Below are positions 25,446-32,000 of a DNA stretch of 32,000 nucleotides, piece by piece (the first letter of the stretch is position 1; the number at the start of each line of letters is the position of its first letter). Under the pieces are notes generated by a model. It was not told the DNA's origin, made no database searches, and saw only the letters and a program-made list of their open reading frames with translations. The translations under genes were made by a program, and so were the position numbers. Where the stretch lies: the NCBI RefSeq assembly GCF_023650515.1, contig NZ_CP096016.1, forward strand, positions 523,130-555,129, in the 5' to 3' direction. The stretch is from Alkalimarinus coralli (GTDB taxonomy: Bacteria; Pseudomonadota; Gammaproteobacteria; Pseudomonadales; Oleiphilaceae).

Positions 25446-26276
25446 GTGAGGTTTTTTATTTTGACAGCTGTTCATTTTTTGATATTTCTTTGCTCTTGTG
25501 CCGCTATTTGGCTTATTTGGAAGCAATTTAAAAAATGGCAGTTTAAAAATCAGCCTTTTCCAACTGAGTGGAACGAGATATTGAATACCAATCTTCCTAT
25601 CTACTCAAAGCTACCGCAGCCATTAAGGCAGCAACTTGACCATAAGGTCAAATATTTTATACGGGATAAAACGTTCTATGGCTGCGATGGTTTGGTTGTC
25701 ACCGATGAGATTCGAGTCACTATTGCTGGTCAGGCTTGCCTGTTGCTGCTGAACCGGCCAACTAACCACTACTATAAACTGCACCATATATTGGTTTACC
25801 CCTCTTCTTTTGTTGCCTCAAGAAGTGAGCAAAATGAGTCTGGCGTTGTTTCCCACAAGCGGACAGGAATGCTGGGAGAGTCGTGGAGCCAAGGAAAAGT
25901 GATTCTTTCATGGGATGATGTGATCAAAGGCGCTAATAACTTTAGTGATGGCCAAAATGTCGTGTTGCATGAGTTTGCGCATCAGTTAGATCAGGAGTCA
26001 GGGTCAACCAATGGCGCACCGCTATTGGGGACTCAGTCTAGTTACCAGAGCTGGGCGAAAGTGCTTTCTAAAGAGTTTGAGACACTGCAACGTCAAACAA
26101 ATTCCGGCTACGGTAGTTTGATTGACCAATATGGGGCAACTAACCCTGCTGAATTTTTTGCGGTGGTGACGGAAACGTTCTTTGAGCGACCGGTTCAACT
26201 TCGCCATCGCCACCCAGAGTTATTTGAGGAAATGAAGCTGTTTTATGCGGTTGACCCCACCGAATGGGTTGATTAA
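25446..26276 (+). CDS. MtfA-like (M90 family) zinc metallopeptidase with an N-terminal membrane anchor
   Basis: GTG start. The N-terminal hydrophobic helix is FFILTAVHFLIFLCSCAAIWLIW. The zinc motif is HEFAHQLD, and NPAEFFAVVTETFFERP matches E. coli MtfA (DPAECFAVLSEYFFSAP). Confidence 0.7.
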   Translation: MRFFILTAVHFLIFLCSCAAIWLIWKQFKKWQFKNQPFPTEWNEILNTNLPIYSKLPQPLRQQLDHKVKYFIRDKTFYGCDGLVVTDEIRVTIAGQACLLLLNRPTNHYYKLHHILVYPSSFVASRSEQNESGVVSHKRTGMLGESWSQGKVILSWDDVIKGANNFSDGQNVVLHEFAHQLDQESGSTNGAPLLGTQSSYQSWAKVLSKEFETLQRQTNSGYGSLIDQYGATNPAEFFAVVTETFFERPVQLRHRHPELFEEMKLFYAVDPTEWVD

Positions 26277-26348
26277 CGCAAGGCTGTGAAGGCTTACGCA
26301 CTGTTTTTGTTGGGGGGTGGCGGTGTTCGGTAGATCGTCAACCAGTGT

Positions 26349-26372
26349 AACCGGGATGTATGGCCGGTTTTA
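26349..26372 (+). terminator. Putative terminator downstream of the MtfA-like gene
   Basis: aaccgg (26349-26354) and ccggtt (26364-26369) form a 6-bp stem followed by a T-rich tail (ttta). Confidence 0.35.
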
Positions 26373-26491
26373 TCAACTATTGGGCTATTTTCTACTTTCC
26401 TGCTCCAGCACAAAGGGGTAGAGTTTTTGCTCTAAGTGTGGTGATATAAAACCAGCAATAACGTGTAATAAATTAGAGATAGTAAAGCTGT

Positions 26492-27394
26492 ATGCCTAGT
26501 CCTCAAAACAAAGCAACTCGGTGGGTGGTCAAGAAACTCGTCGCACCTATTCTTAATGCAGACATACCGGTGACAACCCAAAGAAAAAGACTCAATCGGT
26601 TGTTAGGGGTGGTGCCAATGCCTTTAGGCGTTAAATCCAGGCCCTTGCAGATAAGGGATATTCCCGCTTTATGGATTGATGTTAACGCCAAGAATCATCG
26701 AGTAATCTTATTTCTCCATGGCGGTGCGTATAACATAGGCTCTATCGATACGCATAAGGAGTATGCGGCTCGTTTGGGGAGATCAGCCAATGCCAATGTT
26801 CTTTTAATCGATTATCGGTTAGCGCCAGAGCATCCCTTTCCCGCAGGCCTGGAGGATGCCGAAGCGGCCTATCAATGGTTGTTGATTCAAGGTTATCGAG
26901 GCGAAAATATAACGATTTCGGGAGACTCCGCAGGCGGAGGGCTTGCACTGTCAACGGCAATGAGACTGCGAGACGAAGGCGTTGAATTACCTGCTTGTCT
27001 CTGCCTAATGTCACCCTGGACGGATTTGACAATGAGTGGAGATAGTGTTCGTGATAACGCGAAAACGGATATTATGCTGAATGCGCAATGGACAAGACAG
27101 CTTGCTCACAACTATGCGGGGCCGGATGGTTTGGCAAACCCTTTAGCCTCGCCACTGTTTGGTCAGTTCAAAGGTCTTCCACCCATGCTTACCCATGCTG
27201 CGGACGATGAAATTCTGCTGAGTGATGCGGTTAGAGTCACTGATAAGGCAAAGGATGCAGGTGTTGATGCTTCGTTGGAGGTATACCGTCATGTTTGGCA
27301 TATCTGGCATGCCCATGCCGGAGTTATGCCTGAATCAAAGCAGGCAATGGAAAAGATGGGGCATTTTATACAGCGGCATGCCAACGCTGAGTGA
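26492..27394 (+). CDS. Alpha/beta hydrolase fold-3 esterase/lipase (HSL-like family IV)
   Basis: The oxyanion motif is HGGAY and the nucleophile elbow is GDSAGG. A conserved Asp region (ADDEIL) and a late His (HVWH) are also present. Confidence 0.85.
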   Translation: MPSPQNKATRWVVKKLVAPILNADIPVTTQRKRLNRLLGVVPMPLGVKSRPLQIRDIPALWIDVNAKNHRVILFLHGGAYNIGSIDTHKEYAARLGRSANANVLLIDYRLAPEHPFPAGLEDAEAAYQWLLIQGYRGENITISGDSAGGGLALSTAMRLRDEGVELPACLCLMSPWTDLTMSGDSVRDNAKTDIMLNAQWTRQLAHNYAGPDGLANPLASPLFGQFKGLPPMLTHAADDEILLSDAVRVTDKAKDAGVDASLEVYRHVWHIWHAHAGVMPESKQAMEKMGHFIQRHANAE

Positions 27395-27498
27395 GTATGC
27401 CAGGCGAACGCCTGAGAACTGTCAATTATCAATAAAGGCATACTCTCAATAAATTACAACGGCCAACAAAGAGCAACGACCCAGAGGGACTTTCACCA

Positions 27499-27951
27499 AT
27501 GACCAAACAATATATTGACCTTATGCAAGAGTTTAAGGCGCCCGTTAATGCGGTGTTTGCAGACCTGACCGATCATGAAAAGTTTGGAACGTTGCTTAAG
27601 GCAAAGATAACGAGGGTAGTCGACGGGCAGGATGGCCATCTCAACGGGTTAGGGTCTGTAAGAAAAATTACACCAGTGCCGCTGGCTGACTTTGAAGAGA
27701 CTGTCGTCACGTTTGAACCCAACAAGCTAATGGAATACGTAGTGAGCAAAGGTAGTCCGATTAAAAACCATATCGGTCGCATGGAGTTTAGTGCCGTTGA
27801 CTCGCCAGACGGCAGAGAAAACACTCGTGTACGTTATACGATTGAATTCGAGCCTAGGCTTCCGATCCCATTTTTGGGCAGTATTTTAAGAAAAGCCATC
27901 GAGATGCCTGTGAAGCAAGGCTTTTCAACGTTAGCGGCCAGTTATCAGTAA
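27499..27951 (+). CDS. SRPBCC (START/polyketide cyclase-like) family protein
   Basis: The size is 150 aa. The pattern, including FEPNKLMEYVV and YTIEFEP, is typical of SRPBCC ligand-binding proteins. This is recognition by overall pattern only. Confidence 0.55.
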   Translation: MTKQYIDLMQEFKAPVNAVFADLTDHEKFGTLLKAKITRVVDGQDGHLNGLGSVRKITPVPLADFEETVVTFEPNKLMEYVVSKGSPIKNHIGRMEFSAVDSPDGRENTRVRYTIEFEPRLPIPFLGSILRKAIEMPVKQGFSTLAASYQ

Positions 27952-27968
27952 CAGCCTCATGGCCTGTT

Positions 27969-30761
27969 TCAGGTTACTGGAGGTTTTCTTGTCCACTTAA
28001 TTATGGCGTTGGCAACATCCTCAGGTTCAAAAGGCTTGGGGAGGTGGTCATTCATTCCAGCTTCTATGCATCGCACCCGGTCACTATTGAGAGCATTGGC
28101 TGTCATGGCAATGATGGGGATATGCTCGAAACTCGGGTTTGCTCTTATCCTTTCTGTTGCTTCGTAGCCATCCATTTCGGGCATTTGGATGTCCATTAAT
28201 ATGGCTGAAAAATCTCCATCGCTTTGGAGTTTTTCTAATCCGATCCGACCATTGTCTGCAAGAACGACCTCCGCGCCATAACTCTTTAATACCTCTTCTG
28301 CGATTAGCTGGTTAACGAGATTGTCTTCGACAACCAAAATCCTGAGCCCAGCCATGGGGGCATCGTCATTTTCAGGCGCAAGACTGTGTTCAGGTTGCCT
28401 GTCGATAACATCTGTAGAGGGGCGAAAGGAGACGGCAAACGAGAATGTGCTGCCTTCTCCTTCCTTGCTTTGCAGTGTTATTGACCCGCCCATCAGTTCG
28501 ATCAACCGTTTACTGATGGTCAATCCCAGGCCTGTGCCGCCATATTTTCGAGTCGTCGAGGTGTCAGCCTGTTTAAAGGATGAAAACAGATGCTTTTGGT
28601 GTTCCGCGCTAATGCCGATACCTGTATCTGAAATACTGAATAACAGCGAAACGGACGTCTCTGTAATTTGCCTGGTTGATACGGTTACTGAGACGCTGCC
28701 ACGTTCTGTGAACTTGAGTGCGTTACTGCACAGGTTTAGCAGCACCTGTTCAAGTCGCAATGGGTCTCCTATCAAGCGGGTAGAAAAGTCTTGCGGCCCA
28801 CTTACCTTAAATCTGATATTTTTATCGTGAGCAGTGTGCTGAAATAGCGTCTCGATTTTGGTTAGCAGCTCATTGAGGTCAAAAATGGTATTTTCCAGCT
28901 CCATCTGGCCTGCTTCAATTTTTGAGTAGTCCAGCGTGTCGTTGATCAGATTAAGCAGTGTGTGGGAGGCACTCTTGGCTTTGCTCAAGTAGTCTCGCTG
29001 TCTTGAGGTCAGTTCTGTTTTGAGTATGATGTCATTGAGGCCGATGATGGCATTTAACGGGGTTCTAAACTCATGACTCATGTTGGCCAGGAAGTCACTC
29101 TTTGCCTGGTTGGCATCTTCTGCTTCTTTTCGTGCCTTGTCGAGTGCTCTGGTTTTGCGTTCGATTTCATCCTGCTTTGCTTCATTAAAGCCGGTGATCA
29201 ATAAGATAAAGGCCTGTAGCAATATTGCCAGTACAATCCCGCCTGTTAGCACACTCCAGCTGGTCCAGTCTTTAGCTAACAAGTAATATAACTTGTTGGG
29301 ATAAAAAGATACTTGCCAAACCCTGTCGGCGACCTTTACATCAAACACGTTGCTGAGGTGATTTGAGGAATCGCTGATCGTGGTAAGTATATTGATAGGG
29401 TTGTCTGTTTCTGTGATGTCTATGATAGTCAGCTCGATATGGTTTGACTGAGCGAACTCCAGCGCCTGTTTGACTACTTTTTCAGTGCTATAGACGCCGA
29501 GAACGTAGCCGGAAACTCTGTCTCTTCGGTCTTTTAAGGTGGCTGGAACACCAAACCCGGAGTGTTCATACAACGGCGAAACGACAATAAAGCCTGGATG
29601 GTGCATTACCTCTTGTACTAAATTGATAGGAGGGGAGGCAACCTGCTTACCCGTATCTCTGGCTTGATTCAGCACGCTTTTTCGACCACTGTTTGAACAT
29701 ACGTCGAACCCTAGTGCCTTCTCGTTTCCTTCGTATGGCTCCACATAATACACGGGACAGTAATATTCTCTTGAGGCGGCCTTAGTTAACTCGCCACTCG
29801 GTGACAACTCTGTGAACTCAAAGTGAGGGTATCCCTCACTTCTGGCCAGATACTCATAGTTAACTCTCTCGTCTGCGTGAATGATCGGCACCCACTCCAA
29901 TGCTTGAATCGAGTCATCATTTTCGAGCAATATCTTTGAGAATGTGGTGAACTCCTGTCGATCAACAAATTTGCTGCCTCGATAAATAGCAGTAAGGGCG
30001 AGTAGTTTGTTTCTGATCAGCAATGCTTGTTTATCGATTGTTTGGGTGAACTGAGAGGCTTTGTCCTCCAACTCTTGCTGCTGACGTTTATGCTGGTCGT
30101 CACGGGAACCTTCAAAGAATGCGGACACGATAATAAATATAATGAGTGACGGCAAAACCACCTGAAAACGTCGGCTATTGTTGAATAATTTTTGGGAGGA
30201 AAAGGCGATGATGGTTAGAGGGGCAAAGAATAGTGTGCCAATGGTATCACCCACCCACCATGTAAACCAGGTAAATGGTATTTTTGAAATAGGCACTGTG
30301 TCAGTGGTTATAAATGCCACAACGGCTAACGTTGCCGATATCAGGCAGGTAACAGGGCCGGCGATAATGAGAAACGTCAGCGTCTCTTGTTGATTGATGA
30401 AGCGCAGTGGAAATGAAATAAACCTGTTGAGGATAAGGTAACCCACCAGTAACTGTATTGCAGCGCCTGATGCCATGATTAATGGCAGTATGAGACTATT
30501 AAGGCTCAGCTCTTGTCCGCTGAATATTATATTCAGTGTATTGACGCAAAATGAGCCGATATAGGTTCCTGTAACAGCTGGCGTGACACCCAGCAGAAAT
30601 GCGCTGGCCAGAGCGATGCCAGCCGCAGGCCATACGGCGGATGCAAACCCTGGCGGGATAGAAAAAAATGAACCAGCGACACCGGCTACCCAGTAAGCTA
30701 AGGCAACGATCAGTGTTTTAAACAGTGGCGGAACGTTTTTAATTGGTTGGTGTGTTTCCAT
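27969..30761 (-). CDS. Hybrid sensor histidine kinase: MASE1 - CHASE - HisKA - HATPase_c - REC
   Basis: The N-terminal MASE1-like membrane region is AYWVAGVAGSFFSIPPGFASAVWPAAGIALA. It is followed by a CHASE-like periplasmic region (IQALEWVPIIHADERVNYE...), the H-box SHEFRTPLN, the N-box NLCSNALKFT, G-boxes DTGIGI and GGTGLGL, and a receiver (ILVVEDN...DIQMPEMDG...TANAL). Confidence 0.9.
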   Translation of the reverse strand: METHQPIKNVPPLFKTLIVALAYWVAGVAGSFFSIPPGFASAVWPAAGIALASAFLLGVTPAVTGTYIGSFCVNTLNIIFSGQELSLNSLILPLIMASGAAIQLLVGYLILNRFISFPLRFINQQETLTFLIIAGPVTCLISATLAVVAFITTDTVPISKIPFTWFTWWVGDTIGTLFFAPLTIIAFSSQKLFNNSRRFQVVLPSLIIFIIVSAFFEGSRDDQHKRQQQELEDKASQFTQTIDKQALLIRNKLLALTAIYRGSKFVDRQEFTTFSKILLENDDSIQALEWVPIIHADERVNYEYLARSEGYPHFEFTELSPSGELTKAASREYYCPVYYVEPYEGNEKALGFDVCSNSGRKSVLNQARDTGKQVASPPINLVQEVMHHPGFIVVSPLYEHSGFGVPATLKDRRDRVSGYVLGVYSTEKVVKQALEFAQSNHIELTIIDITETDNPINILTTISDSSNHLSNVFDVKVADRVWQVSFYPNKLYYLLAKDWTSWSVLTGGIVLAILLQAFILLITGFNEAKQDEIERKTRALDKARKEAEDANQAKSDFLANMSHEFRTPLNAIIGLNDIILKTELTSRQRDYLSKAKSASHTLLNLINDTLDYSKIEAGQMELENTIFDLNELLTKIETLFQHTAHDKNIRFKVSGPQDFSTRLIGDPLRLEQVLLNLCSNALKFTERGSVSVTVSTRQITETSVSLLFSISDTGIGISAEHQKHLFSSFKQADTSTTRKYGGTGLGLTISKRLIELMGGSITLQSKEGEGSTFSFAVSFRPSTDVIDRQPEHSLAPENDDAPMAGLRILVVEDNLVNQLIAEEVLKSYGAEVVLADNGRIGLEKLQSDGDFSAILMDIQMPEMDGYEATERIRANPSFEHIPIIAMTANALNSDRVRCIEAGMNDHLPKPFEPEDVANAIIKWTRKPPVT

Positions 30762-30763
30762 CG

Positions 30764-30825
30764 TACCCTTATGGAAGGAATGCCCACTTTAGGTGGCTGT
30801 GTTTTTATTCGTTTCCTTAAGGGTA
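30764..30825 (-). promoter_or_regulatory. Predicted 5'-leader hairpin pairing the SD of the hybrid kinase gene
   Basis: The minus-strand RNA reads UACCCUUAAGGAA-(30 nt)-UUCCUUCCAUAAGGGUA-CG-AUG. UACCCUUA pairs with UAAGGGUA, which contains the only SD-like AAGGG. Confidence 0.3.
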
Positions 30826-31048
30826 GCAGAGCTCGGTCTGTAATAAAGTTTCCACTGATTTTATTTAAAGCGTAAGTATTCGCAACCAACTAGAGCTGGC
30901 CCTATAGTCGTGCTGCACTGGTTGCCTCTTTTATAGAGTGTGCTTGCGCACCGATAGCGAGTTAGCGAACAATATTATACGTAATGACCTGGGATTCTTC
31001 GTAAAATTTGATTTAATCAGATGTTTCTTAACTTTGCTCATGCCTTAT

Positions 31049-31876
31049 TTATCGCTGGCCTCGTCTTATTTTCCTATCTCGCTGTGCTTTTTTGCCCTGT
31101 TTTGCCAGCACTCCACCCAGTAGAAATGATGCCTTAGGAAATGCACTTCCGAGTTTAGCTAAAGCGCCCCGGTGCCAGGGGAGGGTTATTTCAATTGGCG
31201 CATTGGGAATAACTTCTGAAAATAGTGCTTTTGAAATATTCTCCACGGTCAGAGGTTCTGGGCCTGAGAACGTTAGTGCGGCTTCATCATAATCTTCTTG
31301 AAGATCCAGCATCGGTGTTTGGATCGCATCTGGGCAGATCACTGTTACCTGAACGCCATGGGGCTTGAGTTCTTGGGCTAGTGCAAGCGAGAACCCCCTA
31401 ACTGCAAATTTAGATGTGCTATACAGCGCAATGCCTGGGATAGGTGCAATGCCAGCCAGTGATGCGATATTGATAATATGTCCGCAGCCTGCTTTCACCA
31501 TATGTTTGGCTGCAAGTTGGCTGCCCAATATTAGCCCTTTGACATTAATATCAATATGGCGGTCTACTTCATTGCTGTTGGTTTCATGTATATAGCCAGG
31601 TTTAAGATATCCCGCGATATTAAGCAGTCGGTCAATACGGCCCCACTGCTTAATTGCTATATTGTAGGTCGCCTGCCAGTCTTTATCGGATGTGACGTCA
31701 AGCTTGGCTATCAGCGCGTTGCTGCGGTTCCACTTATGCTGACTTGCAAGGCGCTCAAGCTCTTCAATATTGATATCTGTGGCGATGACACGATAGCCTA
31801 GTTTTAAAAACTCGCCAGTCAAGTGAAGGCCAATGCCGCTGGCACTGCCTGTTAACCAGATTACGTCATTACTCAT
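31049..31876 (-). CDS. Short-chain dehydrogenase/reductase (SDR)
   Basis: The cofactor motif is TGSASGIG, the catalytic motif is YSTSK (YxxxK), and there is an NIAS/NIAG-type segment. Confidence 0.85.
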   Translation of the reverse strand: MSNDVIWLTGSASGIGLHLTGEFLKLGYRVIATDINIEELERLASQHKWNRSNALIAKLDVTSDKDWQATYNIAIKQWGRIDRLLNIAGYLKPGYIHETNSNEVDRHIDINVKGLILGSQLAAKHMVKAGCGHIINIASLAGIAPIPGIALYSTSKFAVRGFSLALAQELKPHGVQVTVICPDAIQTPMLDLQEDYDEAALTFSGPEPLTVENISKALFSEVIPNAPIEITLPWHRGALAKLGSAFPKASFLLGGVLAKQGKKAQRDRKIRRGQR

Positions 31877-32000
31877 TGCCCAGCTCTCTCATGCTTTGTG
31901 CCAATACGTTTATTAACGCGTATTCAATGCGGCGTTATTTTTTTGTTGTACTTTGGATATCAATTTGGCCATAGCTTAATTCACCAAATGAAAAGGTTGG

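Noticed and set aside
28321-28830. A 169-aa ORF on the plus strand inside the hybrid kinase gene. Similar long antisense ORFs lie at 5508-5900 inside the MCP gene and at 22400-22759 and 22346-22642 inside polB.
   Set aside because: These ORFs lie entirely antisense or out of frame within genes that have unambiguous domain motifs. They encode low-complexity S/L/R-rich sequence, lack SD sequences and show no recognisable family. They are typical shadow ORFs.
1-32000. Whether the window is a genomic island, prophage or defence island.
   Set aside because: There is no integrase, transposase, tRNA/tmRNA attachment site, flanking direct repeat or phage gene. There is also no recognisable restriction, abortive-infection, toxin-antitoxin or retron component. 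Housekeeping genes (aroG, ybiT, polB) are interspersed throughout.

Overview
This 32-kb window looks like ordinary, non-mobile chromosomal DNA from a marine-type gammaproteobacterium. By eye, the translated ORFs resemble E. coli AroG, YbiT and Pol II and the P. aeruginosa family I.1 lipase. I can support about 28 protein-coding genes. I see no rRNA, tRNA, CRISPR array, transposase or integrase. The content mixes housekeeping genes (aroG-type DAHP synthase, ybiT, polB, enoyl-CoA hydratase, SDR) with many envelope and signalling proteins: a Cache-type MCP, a 7TMR-DISM/GGDEF/EAL protein, a MASE1-CHASE hybrid histidine kinase, a PP2C+FHA pair, a hemerythrin, several lipoproteins and a secreted lipase. 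Five things deserve a second look. (1) A 765-aa polytopic membrane protein (19857-22154, minus) fuses two internally duplicated GIDE-like modules to a complete LemA domain. This is my best candidate for an undescribed membrane system. (2) An 89-aa lipoprotein carries a textbook six-cysteine Kazal protease-inhibitor domain with Met at the predicted P1 position. (3) Short tandem arrays (13-18 bp, 2-5 copies) recur on or just after the stop codons of unrelated genes: the MCP, hemerythrin, CPXCG protein, polB and FHA genes. (4) A VF530/DUF2132 gene has conserved-looking N-terminal codons cut off from an upstream ATG by an in-frame TAG. (5) A Lif-dependent-type lipase has no foldase gene next to it. 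All family assignments are motif recognition from the supplied translations. No database search, HMM scan or folding calculation was possible.
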